The notes beneath the pieces were generated by a model. The model saw only the letters and a program-made list of their open reading frames with translations. It searched no databases and was not told the origin of the DNA. The position numbers were made by a program, and so were the translations under genes. A stretch of 64,000 nucleotides of DNA from Candidatus Iainarchaeum sp. (lineage in GTDB: Archaea > Iainarchaeota > Iainarchaeia > Iainarchaeales > JAFGBZ01): the NCBI GenBank assembly GCA_043817715.1, contig JBDRGO010000007.1, positions 15,499 to 79,498 on the forward strand. Reading direction: 5' to 3'. Position 1 is the stretch's first letter, and each line of letters starts with the position of its first letter. Positions 1 through 9,192 of the stretch are shown here, piece after piece.

Positions 1-92
1 TGCATTTACCACAATTCATTTAATCAAAAAATACCAAAACAAATTTTAATGTATGTATTAAAATTAGTTAAATTAAGAAAATTAATAAAAAA

Positions 93-716
93 TCAGTATT
101 CTCTAAATCCTTTAATTCTTTTTTTATTAATACACTGCATTTCAATTTCAAATTTGCCTAATTCATTTCCTTCTAAAAAATAAACACAGTCATTTGACTG
201 CATAATGTTTTGTTTTCTTGGATTTAATCCAATTAAATTTGAAATAATCAATCTATTAACCCCTTCATGCGCAACAACCGCAATTGATTCATTTAAATGC
301 CTTGAAATTAATTTCTTTAATAAAGGAAGAATTTCATTAATATCTTTTTCAACATAACTTTGTCCTTTGAGATGCATAAAATCATATTTATGATAAACTC
401 TTTCATAAATTGATTCACCAAATTCAGCAATTACTTCTTCCATGCTTTTTCCTTCAAACACGCCAAAATTAAGTTCATTTAATTCACTTAATTTATGCAT
501 TGGAACTGAATGATTTTCATTAATTATTTCCGCGGTTTTAATTGCACGAATTAATTTACTTGAATAAATTTCAGAAAACTTTTCATTTAAAAGTAATTCG
601 CTTACTTTTTCCGCCTGTTCCAAACCAGTTTCATTTAAAGGAATGTCAGTTAAACCCTGAAATTTATGGATTTTATTCCATTCAGTCTGCCCATGACGAC
701 ATAAAATTAATTTCAA
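93..716 (-). CDS. Histidine phosphatase family protein (phosphoglycerate mutase-like)
   Basis: N-terminal LCRHGQTEWN catalytic-His motif typical of the PGAM/histidine phosphatase superfamily; 207 aa. Confidence 0.7.
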   Translation of the reverse strand: MKLILCRHGQTEWNKIHKFQGLTDIPLNETGLEQAEKVSELLLNEKFSEIYSSKLIRAIKTAEIINENHSVPMHKLSELNELNFGVFEGKSMEEVIAEFGESIYERVYHKYDFMHLKGQSYVEKDINEILPLLKKLISRHLNESIAVVAHEGVNRLIISNLIGLNPRKQNIMQSNDCVYFLEGNELGKFEIEMQCINKKRIKGFREY

Positions 717-761
717 CTCAATACACTTTTCTTTTATTTCCTTTATTTTGAATTCTTTAAA

Positions 762-1703
762 TTATTTTTTTTCCTTTAAATTCAATTCAATTGTTTTTTG
801 TATTGCTTCCGAATTTAATCCATATTTCTGCCATAATTCCATTGGCTTTCCACTTTCACCAAATATATCAGGAACACCGATTCTGATTACTTTTGAAGGA
901 TAAGCCTCGCTTAAATACTCGGTTATTGCACTTCCCAATCCGCCAATGATTGAATGGTCCTCCAAAGAAAAAATCAACCCTGTTTTTTTTACGCTTTTCA
1001 AAACCTGCATTTCATCCAATGGCTTAATTGAACTCATGTTAATTACTTCACAAGAAATCTTTTTTTTCTTCAATTCCTGTGCAGCAATTAATGCCTCATT
1101 CAATACAGGCCCGCATCCAATAATTGAAACATCTTTGCCTTCCATTAAAGAAACTGATTTACCTAATTTGAATTCATAATTTTCAGCAAAAAAAGAATTT
1201 GCTTTTTCCCGGCATAAACGCAGATAAACAGGCCCTTTGATTTTTGCAGATTCAAAAACACTTGAATAAGCTTCCCAGTAATCCATTGGCTGAATTACTT
1301 TCATTGTAGGAATTCCTCGCATTAAAGAAATGTCCTCAATTGCCTGATGGGTTGCACCGTCTTCCCCTGTCATTAAGCCTGAATGGCTTCCCGCAAGCTT
1401 TACATTAAATGAAGAATAAGCTACCGCGTTTCTTATGGGTTCGAATGCGCGCCCGCATAAAAACATTGCAAAACTTGAGGCAAAAGGAATTTTTCCCGCA
1501 ATAGCCAAGCCAACCGCGGTTCCAATCATATCCTGTTCTGAAATTCCCATGTCGAAAAATCTTTCAGGAAATTTTTTTCCAAACAAAATTGATTTCGTTG
1601 ACTTTGCTAAATCAGCATCCAATGCAACAATATCCTTATTCTGTTCCCCTAAAGCAAGAAGCCCTGCTCCATAGCCTTCGCGGGTTGCTTTTTTTTCACT
1701 CAC
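762..1703 (-). CDS. Transketolase, C-terminal (pyrimidine-binding) subunit of split transketolase
   Basis: 313 aa; transketolase Pyr and C-terminal domain sequence; overlaps upstream N-terminal subunit gene by 4 nt. Confidence 0.8.
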   Translation of the reverse strand: MSEKKATREGYGAGLLALGEQNKDIVALDADLAKSTKSILFGKKFPERFFDMGISEQDMIGTAVGLAIAGKIPFASSFAMFLCGRAFEPIRNAVAYSSFNVKLAGSHSGLMTGEDGATHQAIEDISLMRGIPTMKVIQPMDYWEAYSSVFESAKIKGPVYLRLCREKANSFFAENYEFKLGKSVSLMEGKDVSIIGCGPVLNEALIAAQELKKKKISCEVINMSSIKPLDEMQVLKSVKKTGLIFSLEDHSIIGGLGSAITEYLSEAYPSKVIRIGVPDIFGESGKPMELWQKYGLNSEAIQKTIELNLKEKK

Positions 1704-2539
1704 AAAGAATCACTTTCTTTTTTTAATTCTTCAAGTGCTTGTTTTGCTTCCTCATCATTCGGCGCAACACCATGCCATTCGCATTTGTTTTCCATAAAAG
1801 AAACTCCTTTTCCTTTAATTGATTTTAAAACAATTACTGTAGGCTTTTCCTTTGATTTTTTTGCTTCAGTAATTGCATTTAATAATTCATTGAAATCAGG
1901 TGCATTGCATTTCAAAGTATTCCAGCCAAATGCCTCAAATTTTTTTTCAATTGGAGCAACTTCCTTTATTTCTGAAACTTTTCCGTCAATCTGCAAATCA
2001 TTCCAATCCACAAAAGCAATTAATTTATTTAATTTTCTAAAACCAGAAGTCATTGCCGCTTCCCAAATCATTCCTTCCTGCAATTCGCCGTCACCCATTA
2101 AAACAAAAGTAAATGAATCAATTTTATCAATTCTTTTGCCTAAAGCAATTCCATTAGCAATACTTAAACCAGTTCCAAGCGGACCAGTGGATGCCTCAAT
2201 TCCTTTGGTTTTATGCGCTGCAGGATGCCCCTGCAAATGAGAATTGATTTTTCTAAAAGTCATTAATTCTTCAACAGAAAAATAATTTGATTCAGCCAGG
2301 CAGGCATATTGGGTTGGGCAGGCATGGCCTTTGCTTAAAATAAAATGATCTCTTTCACTCCAATTAGGTTTTTTGAAATCATGCTTTAATTCATGAAAAT
2401 ACAGCAATACAAGCAATTCAACACAGCTTAAAGAGCTTCCAGGATGCCCTGACTGCGCGGAATGAATCATTTTAATTATGTGCTGGCGGATTTTATTAGC
2501 CATTAATTTTAATTTTTTTTCTTCTTCTATTGAAAGCAA
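1700..2539 (-). CDS. Transketolase, N-terminal (TPP-binding) subunit
   Basis: GHPGSSLSCVELL and GDGELQEGMIWEA motifs typical of the transketolase TPP-binding domain; 279 aa. Confidence 0.8.
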   Translation of the reverse strand: MLSIEEEKKLKLMANKIRQHIIKMIHSAQSGHPGSSLSCVELLVLLYFHELKHDFKKPNWSERDHFILSKGHACPTQYACLAESNYFSVEELMTFRKINSHLQGHPAAHKTKGIEASTGPLGTGLSIANGIALGKRIDKIDSFTFVLMGDGELQEGMIWEAAMTSGFRKLNKLIAFVDWNDLQIDGKVSEIKEVAPIEKKFEAFGWNTLKCNAPDFNELLNAITEAKKSKEKPTVIVLKSIKGKGVSFMENKCEWHGVAPNDEEAKQALEELKKESDSL

Positions 2540-2578
2540 ATGAATTCACTTAAAATTATTTTTTCTTTTCCAGTTAAT

Positions 2579-3238
2579 TTACCTAATTTCTTTACTTTTT
2601 TCTAATTTTTTCCAGTCATCCAAAAATTTCTGTATTCCTGAATCAGTTAATTCATGTAAATACATTTCTTCCAGCACAGGGAATGGAATTGTTGCAATAT
2701 CCGCGCCAATCAATGCCGCACGCTTCACGTGCTCTGTGCTTCTCACTGAAGCAACAATTACTTTTGTTTTGAATTCATAATTATAAAGCATTGTAACTAT
2801 TTCATCAACTAATTCCATTCCGATTTCTCCTTTGTCATCCAAGCGCCCGACAAAAGGAGAAACATAAGTAGCACCAGCTTTTGCTGCCAACAATGCCTGA
2901 TTTGCTGTAAAAACAAGAGTAACATTTGTTTTAATTTTTTTCTTAGATAAAACCTGCACTGCTTTCATTCCTTCTTTTGTCATCGGAATTTTAATTACAA
3001 CATTTGAAGCGATTTTTGCCAGTTCAATTCCTTCTTTAACCATTCCTTCTGCATCCAAAGCAATTACTTCAGCACTAACTGGTCCCTTAATTAATTTGCA
3101 TATTTCTTTCAGGCGCGGAATGAATGGAACGCCTTCTTTTGCCGCAAGGGATGGATTAGTTGTAACGCCGTCAGCAATGCCCAGTTCCTTTGCTTTTTTT
3201 ATTTGCTCTAAGTTTGCGGTATCAACAAAAAACTTCAT
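2579..3238 (-). CDS. tal: Transaldolase (short Fsa/TalC type)
   Basis: [32 protein letters not shown]-terminus typical of short transaldolases; 219 aa; adjacent to transketolase, forming a non-oxidative PPP module. Confidence 0.8.
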   Translation of the reverse strand: MKFFVDTANLEQIKKAKELGIADGVTTNPSLAAKEGVPFIPRLKEICKLIKGPVSAEVIALDAEGMVKEGIELAKIASNVVIKIPMTKEGMKAVQVLSKKKIKTNVTLVFTANQALLAAKAGATYVSPFVGRLDDKGEIGMELVDEIVTMLYNYEFKTKVIVASVRSTEHVKRAALIGADIATIPFPVLEEMYLHELTDSGIQKFLDDWKKLEKSKEIR

Positions 3239-3402
3239 TTAAATCCCTCCTTGGGATTTAAAGCATTAAAATCTCTGATTTTAATTTTTAAATTTGCTTT
3301 TTGCAAATTTAAAGCTTTAAATTTTTCTAAAAAATTTAAATTCATAAAATTCACCAATAAAAATAAAGAAGCAAAGAGTTTTAAAAGAAAATTAAAAATG
3401 AA

Positions 3403-3915
3403 TCAATGCCTTGATTTAAATCTTTTAAAAAAAGGTTTTTCCTTAAGTATTGGCTTCCCTATATGTTGAAACAATTCAACAGCTAATTCATGAAACATTT
3501 GGTTAATCGCTGACTTTATTTCAACAGCATGTTCTTTAGAAAAGTGTTCAAGCGCCCCGTATGTTGCCTCACCAGCGCTTTTTGGATTCATTAACAATGC
3601 TTTTTTTACAGCAAAAAATGCGTTTTCTTTGTTACCCTCATGAGATTCAAAATGCTGATGTATTCTTTCAATTATTTCATTTTTTGCATTCTCAAAAATT
3701 AAGTTTTCAAGATAATCCATTAACATTGATCTTGCTTCTTCACTAGCCAGTTTTGGACGATTTAGCAATTCACGATACAACCTTACAACTACTTCTTTCT
3801 CAGTAATGCTATGCAGATTAGCTAATTCAAATATCTTTTCATTTGTTTCATGTTTAACTGTTTCAAGAGTTAATTTTTCTTCTGAGATTTTCCCGCCAAC
3901 CAATTTCATCACCAT
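3403..3915 (-). CDS. Hypothetical protein
   Basis: 170-aa ORF, helical, His-rich segments; no family recognised. Confidence 0.3.
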   Translation of the reverse strand: MVMKLVGGKISEEKLTLETVKHETNEKIFELANLHSITEKEVVVRLYRELLNRPKLASEEARSMLMDYLENLIFENAKNEIIERIHQHFESHEGNKENAFFAVKKALLMNPKSAGEATYGALEHFSKEHAVEIKSAINQMFHELAVELFQHIGKPILKEKPFFKRFKSRH

Positions 3916-3948
3916 TAATTTATTGCATTAATTAAATTTAAATCCTAA

Positions 3949-4842
3949 TCAAACAAATTCCAGCCATTTCAAATAATCCTGGTTTTTTCCGTGGATAATT
4001 AATTCAAATTCATGAATTAATTTTTCTGTAACTGAATTCTTTTTTAATTTAAATTTTTTTTTATTGATTTGCTTTACAGAAACAATCCCTGCCGCGGTTC
4101 CGGTAACAAATACTTCTTCTGCATTCAATAATTCCTTTAATTTCACATTTTTTTCTTTAATTTTTAATTTCATTCCTTTTGCAATCTCAATAACTGAATT
4201 GCGAGTAATTCCTTCTAAAATTCCATTGATTTTCGGAATGAATAAAATCCTTTTTTTTACATAAAAAATGTTTTCCGCACTTGCTTCAGCCACTTGGTTT
4301 TTTTCATTCAGCATTAACGCGTCATCAAATCCTTTTTTGTTTGCATTGATTTTTGCCAAAAAAGAAACCGAGTAATTTCCTGAAACCTTTACTTCAAATA
4401 ATTCTTTATTAACCGCAGTTCTTCTGAAAGAAGAAACCATTAATTTGATTCCTTTTTTTCCTTCAAAGAATTTTTTTTGTTTTGAAGCCATTACTGCAAC
4501 AGAAACAGGAAAATCAATTTTATTTAAAAGCAAATAATTTCCTTCAAAAAAAATTATGGGACGGATGTATGCATCAGTTAATTTGTTTTTTTTCAAAAGC
4601 AGGGAAATAACTGAAATTAATTTCTTCTCAGTAATTTTTGGTTTTAAGTACATGAATTTTGCGGATTTGAATAACCGTTTAATGTGTTCTTTTAATTTAA
4701 AAACAGCAATTCTTTTTCCAATTTTATAACTTCTGATTCCTTCAAATACTGCTGTTCCATAATGCAATGAATTGCTTGAAACAGGAATTAATGCATTTTT
4801 TTTAGAAATGAATTTTCCATTTAAATAAATGAATTCTTTCAT
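3949..4842 (-). CDS. ilvE: Branched-chain amino acid aminotransferase (class IV)
   Basis: HYGTAVFEGIRSY motif and 297-aa size fit IlvE/class IV aminotransferases. Confidence 0.8.
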   Translation of the reverse strand: MKEFIYLNGKFISKKNALIPVSSNSLHYGTAVFEGIRSYKIGKRIAVFKLKEHIKRLFKSAKFMYLKPKITEKKLISVISLLLKKNKLTDAYIRPIIFFEGNYLLLNKIDFPVSVAVMASKQKKFFEGKKGIKLMVSSFRRTAVNKELFEVKVSGNYSVSFLAKINANKKGFDDALMLNEKNQVAEASAENIFYVKKRILFIPKINGILEGITRNSVIEIAKGMKLKIKEKNVKLKELLNAEEVFVTGTAAGIVSVKQINKKKFKLKKNSVTEKLIHEFELIIHGKNQDYLKWLEFV

Positions 4843-4948
4843 GCAAGTATAAGAATTAAAGAAAATATTTAAATAAAAGAAGCTTTAAACCAAAAGAAAA
4901 CATAAATTATATTAATCTTAATAAGTTATTTATACCATAAGCAATTAA

Positions 4949-5740
4949 GTGAAGTTAATGCCTAAAACAAAATTAATCAATAAAATCCGATCCATGAAAG
5001 GAAAGGAATTGATTTCCATGGTTACTGCCTATGATGCAATTTTTTCAGAACTTGCATGCATTGCAGGAATTGACTTGATTCTTGTCGGAGACAGCGTGGC
5101 AAATGTAATGCTTGGATACAGGAACACGAAATCAATTTCAATGGATGAAATGCTTCATCATGTAAAAGCAGTTACAAGAGCAAAACCAAGTGTTCCTGTT
5201 GTTGCTGATATGCCTAAAGGAAGTTACAGTAATTCATTAAAAGCATTAAAAAATGCAAAAAAGTTTTTGAAAGAAAAAGCAGATGCAGTTAAAGTAGAAG
5301 GAGTAAATAAAAAAGCAATTTCAGCATTAAGAAATGAAGGAATTGAAGTAATGGGACATATTGGTTTATTGCCTCAAACTGCTTTAAAATATAAAGTGAA
5401 AGGAAAAAAACCAAGAGAAGCAAAAAAATTAATTAATGAAGCATTATTATTGGATTCAATGAATTGTTTTTCAATTGTAATGGAATGCGTTCCAAGTTCA
5501 CTCGCAGAAGAAATTACTTCACTTGTTTCTTGTCCAACAATTGGAATAGGAGCAGGAATAAAATGCGACGGGCAGGTGCTTGTAGTGAATGATTTAATTG
5601 GATTGCATGCTCAATCATTTAAACCAAAATTTGTTAAGCAATACTGTGATGTTTCAACTGAAATAATTCATGCATTAAATCAATTCAATTTAGAAGTAAA
5701 AGAAAGAAAGTTTCCAGGAAAAGAAAATTCATATGAATGA
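4949..5740 (+). CDS. panB: 3-methyl-2-oxobutanoate hydroxymethyltransferase (ketopantoate hydroxymethyltransferase)
   Basis: TAYDxxFxxxxxxAGIDLILVGDS, MGHIGLLPQ and IGIGAG motifs align along the whole length with PanB. Confidence 0.85.
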   Translation: MKLMPKTKLINKIRSMKGKELISMVTAYDAIFSELACIAGIDLILVGDSVANVMLGYRNTKSISMDEMLHHVKAVTRAKPSVPVVADMPKGSYSNSLKALKNAKKFLKEKADAVKVEGVNKKAISALRNEGIEVMGHIGLLPQTALKYKVKGKKPREAKKLINEALLLDSMNCFSIVMECVPSSLAEEITSLVSCPTIGIGAGIKCDGQVLVVNDLIGLHAQSFKPKFVKQYCDVSTEIIHALNQFNLEVKERKFPGKENSYE

Positions 5741-5774
5741 AAAAAAATTCGGGAAAAAACCAGGAGTGAATTAA

Positions 5775-6917
5775 ATGCAAAGAAAACATTCAAATTCACC
5801 TAAAAATTTATATCACCCTGAAATAAAAAGATTTGTTCGTAAAGCACTGAAAACTAAACGATTCTTAACAATGAAAGAAATAGCAAAACGGGCAAGTGAT
5901 TTAGCTAAACAAAAAAAAATAACTTGCCCCAGCAAAGCATCAATGTATGACAGAATAAAAGAATACAATAATAAAAATAGAATTAGGTCTCCAGAAGAAC
6001 TCCAAGAGCTTAGGGCAAGAATTAAAAAAGACAAAGCTAAATTGCCTGAAAAAACAAAAAATAAAATAATTGAATTAGGTTCAATTTATGAAATTGAAAC
6101 TAAAGAACCAAAATATACTCATGAAAAAATAAGAAAAATGACAGGAACATCAATACGTACAGTTTCATCAATTCTTAGGGGACAGGGATTTACAAGAATA
6201 CACACTCCAAGTAAAATAGAAAATGCCAAGAAACAAATAAGATTAATACAAAGGCCGATTATAAGACCAGATTTGGAAAAAATAAGTGCTACAACAGGTC
6301 CGTCAATAACTACTCTGCTTGAATTTATTAGACGAAACAACATTCCTTATCAAAGCACCCGCCAGCCAAGAACACCTGAAAGAAGAATTCCCTGGGGGCC
6401 TGAAAGAGAAAAAATATGGAATTCAATTATTAATGCAGTCAAGAACTATGGAAGAAGATGGACCAGCTTGTATTCTTCATCAACTGAAGCTGAAAAAATC
6501 GCATTCCAACAAGGATTTGAAATCTTTCAGTATTGGAATCCAGAGGTTCATAAAAGCCATGCTTTAAATTATGTCAGAGGAGGCATTCAAAGATACTTTA
6601 AAAAACAAGCCAAACAACAACGCGCCATTCGGCTTGACAGTCAAAGAAACCAATTTGATACTAAAGACAGATTAATGCATGAATCAATTCCTTCCACTCA
6701 AAAAGATCCGCTATTAGGAATTGAATTAAATGAAATATTTAGAAAAATTGATTCAGCAAAAGGAAAGTTTCCTAAAACAAAAGAAAATATGAAAAACGTT
6801 CTGAAACTAAAAATGCAAGGCTATAACAACGCGGAAATTGGAAAAAGCCTGCAGTTAAGCAGAGAAAGAATAAGGCAATTACTCAAATTAATACAAGATT
6901 TAATCAAACCGCAATAA
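5775..6917 (+). CDS. Hypothetical basic DNA-binding protein with C-terminal sigma-70 region-4-like HTH
   Basis: 380 aa, K/R-rich. C-terminal NAEIGKSLQLSRERIRQLL resembles the sigma-70 region 4 / LuxR-type HTH. Several other HTH-like segments. Confidence 0.4.
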   Translation: MQRKHSNSPKNLYHPEIKRFVRKALKTKRFLTMKEIAKRASDLAKQKKITCPSKASMYDRIKEYNNKNRIRSPEELQELRARIKKDKAKLPEKTKNKIIELGSIYEIETKEPKYTHEKIRKMTGTSIRTVSSILRGQGFTRIHTPSKIENAKKQIRLIQRPIIRPDLEKISATTGPSITTLLEFIRRNNIPYQSTRQPRTPERRIPWGPEREKIWNSIINAVKNYGRRWTSLYSSSTEAEKIAFQQGFEIFQYWNPEVHKSHALNYVRGGIQRYFKKQAKQQRAIRLDSQRNQFDTKDRLMHESIPSTQKDPLLGIELNEIFRKIDSAKGKFPKTKENMKNVLKLKMQGYNNAEIGKSLQLSRERIRQLLKLIQDLIKPQ

Positions 6918-6985
6918 ATTCATTATTTGTTTTTTCCATAAATTAATTCTTTTTAAACATTTCTTACTTTCAGTTTAGTGATTTT

Positions 6986-7579
6986 ATGATTTTAATTGTT
7001 TCCGGTTTTGCTGGTTCAGGAAAAAGCTCTTTAGCTGATTCATTAGGAAAGCATTTCAGTTTACGTGTAATTCATGCATCTGATGTAATGAAGCAATTAA
7101 TGGAAGGAAAACTTGATTTAAATAATACTAAAGGACACGAAGGTTTTTGGGAATCAAAGGAATCAGAGCACATAATGAAGCACAGAGAAGAAAACGATGA
7201 ATTAGATAAGAAATTAGATGAACTGCTGTTAAAAGAAGTAGAAAAAGACAATCTTGTATTGGATTCCTGGACAATGCCTTGGCTTTCAAAAAAAGGCATT
7301 AAAATTTGGTTAAATGCTTCTCCTGAAATAAGAGCTAAAAGAGTGAGTTTAAGGGACAAAATGAGTTTTGAAAAGATTTTAAGCAAAATAAAGGAAAGAG
7401 ATGAAAAAACAAAAGGTATTTATAAAAGAATTTACAACTTTAGTTTAGGCAATGATTTTGAACCATTTGATTTAATTATTGAAACAAATGAAATTAATCA
7501 AAAAGAAGTGTTTGAAAAAACATTAAAAGAATTAAAAAATTTAAATTTAAAGAAAAATAAAAAATTTAAGGAAAATTAA
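6986..7579 (+). CDS. cmk: Cytidylate kinase, archaeal type
   Basis: P-loop GFAGSGKSS at the N-terminus; central DSWTMPWL and IWLNASPEIRAKRV lid and the C-terminal ERDEKTKGIYKRIY motif match archaeal CMP kinases; 197 aa. Confidence 0.65.
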   Translation: MILIVSGFAGSGKSSLADSLGKHFSLRVIHASDVMKQLMEGKLDLNNTKGHEGFWESKESEHIMKHREENDELDKKLDELLLKEVEKDNLVLDSWTMPWLSKKGIKIWLNASPEIRAKRVSLRDKMSFEKILSKIKERDEKTKGIYKRIYNFSLGNDFEPFDLIIETNEINQKEVFEKTLKELKNLNLKKNKKFKEN

Positions 7580-7613
7580 AAAAAAAATTAAAGGATTTAA
7601 GGACGTGGTTTAA

Positions 7614-8315
7614 ATGGAAAGAATTAGCACTGGAATACCAGGATTGGATGATTTAACCCAGGGAGGAGTGCCAAAAGGAAGCACTATATTGATTTCAGGA
7701 GGGCCTGGAACAGGAAAAACAATTTTATGCCTGAATTACATTTATCAGGGAGCATTAAACGGAGAAGCAGGAATATACATTACGTTAGAGGAAGGGGCGG
7801 AAAATATTTCTTGGAACATGGAATCCTTTGGATGGGATATTGGTTCACTGCAGGAAAAAGGATTAATTAATATTCACAGGGTAAGGTTTGATGCTCACCA
7901 GAATATTGAATCACAGGTTGAAGAGGAACTGAAAATTATTGCTGAACTGGTTCAGGAAACAGGCGCGAAAAGGCTTGTTGTTGATTCCACCACTGCATTC
8001 GGAATATGGATTGAAGGCAAGGGAATGCTAAGGCACCAGTTATTTGAATTCACTTCCAAATTAAAGGAACTGGACTGCACTACTTTTTTGATTTCTGAAA
8101 CAAAATCAGAAAGAAATGTTTTTTCTGCAATGGGAGTGGAAGAATTTGTTGCAGACGGAGTGATTGCATTGTATTTTACCCCGCCTCACAGGAATATTTT
8201 TGTAAGAAAAATGCGCGGAACAAACCACTCAAAATCAGTTCATCCATTTGACATAACTGAAAGGGGAATAGTGGTCCATTCAAGGGACGAAGTATTATGG
8301 GATGCAATCAAATAA
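7614..8315 (+). CDS. KaiC-like RecA-superfamily ATPase (single domain)
   Basis: ISTGIPGLDDLTQGGVPKGSTILISGGPGTGKT Walker A context and the C-terminal RKMRGTNHSKSVHPFDITERGIVV are typical of archaeal KaiC-family proteins. Confidence 0.75.
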   Translation: MERISTGIPGLDDLTQGGVPKGSTILISGGPGTGKTILCLNYIYQGALNGEAGIYITLEEGAENISWNMESFGWDIGSLQEKGLINIHRVRFDAHQNIESQVEEELKIIAELVQETGAKRLVVDSTTAFGIWIEGKGMLRHQLFEFTSKLKELDCTTFLISETKSERNVFSAMGVEEFVADGVIALYFTPPHRNIFVRKMRGTNHSKSVHPFDITERGIVVHSRDEVLWDAIK

Positions 8316-8402
8316 AAGAATTCCCGTTCAATTAAATAAAAAAACAATAAGTAATAAGTAAAAAAAATTCCTTTCAATTATAACTGAGCAAGGGAAAAAG
8401 AA

Positions 8403-9137
8403 ATGCATTCAAACCATTCCAGCAAGAAAAACAGAAAACCAAGAGACAGAAAGCCAAATAGTAATGGAAAGAATATTTCTTCAAAGCTGGAAAGGTATTT
8501 AACTAGGCGCGATTTTTATCGTGCATTGATTGAAAAAGAAACCAGAAAACCAAACCCTGAACTTAATTTTTTCACGCCGAATGCATTAATGATACAAGCA
8601 TTTCATGCAAAAGACGGCGGAATTACTTTAAGGCATAGCAGGTTTGTTGACTCAATTGCTTCAATTATATACAATCATTTGACTAAAGCAGAAAAAGAAA
8701 AAATTCATGCAGAAAATGTATCCCTTGCTGCAAGACTGCACGATATCGGAAAATTAATGGTTAGGTCAGAACTTTTAAGCAATACAGGAGAACTTAACCA
8801 AAAAGAAAAGGAAGAAATAAGGAAACATCCGCAGCATGCAAGAAAAATACTTGAAATGGAAGGGCTGCCTGAAGAAATAATTGAAGTTGCCGAAAAACAT
8901 CATTCGCCGCTTGCAGAACAAAGCCAGTTAACAAGGCTAATTGCAATATCCGATGCAATTGCAACAATGCATGGCGAAAGATATTATGAAAAAAAAACAA
9001 TTACCGAAATAATTGAGGAATTAAGAAAACAGAGCGGAAAAATGTTTGACCCAATATATGTTAAGACAGCAATTAAAGCATTGAATAACAGAAAAATACT
9101 GCAAAAATGGGAAGAAATATTCAGGAAACGCGAATGA
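8403..9137 (+). CDS. HD-domain phosphohydrolase
   Basis: RLHDIGK and EKHHSPL motifs (HD metal-binding residues); 244 aa. Confidence 0.65.
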   Translation: MHSNHSSKKNRKPRDRKPNSNGKNISSKLERYLTRRDFYRALIEKETRKPNPELNFFTPNALMIQAFHAKDGGITLRHSRFVDSIASIIYNHLTKAEKEKIHAENVSLAARLHDIGKLMVRSELLSNTGELNQKEKEEIRKHPQHARKILEMEGLPEEIIEVAEKHHSPLAEQSQLTRLIAISDAIATMHGERYYEKKTITEIIEELRKQSGKMFDPIYVKTAIKALNNRKILQKWEEIFRKRE

Positions 9138-9192
9138 AAAATTAATTTTCCAGAATTCTTTATTTTAATCAATTCCTATTTTAATCAATTCT

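Noticed and set aside
3251-3469. 72-aa plus-strand ORF (MGFKALKSLILIFKF...) between tal and the downstream gene
   Set aside because: Low-complexity K/F-rich translation of an AT-rich intergenic stretch that overlaps the 3' end of the 3403-3915 gene. It is probably not coding.
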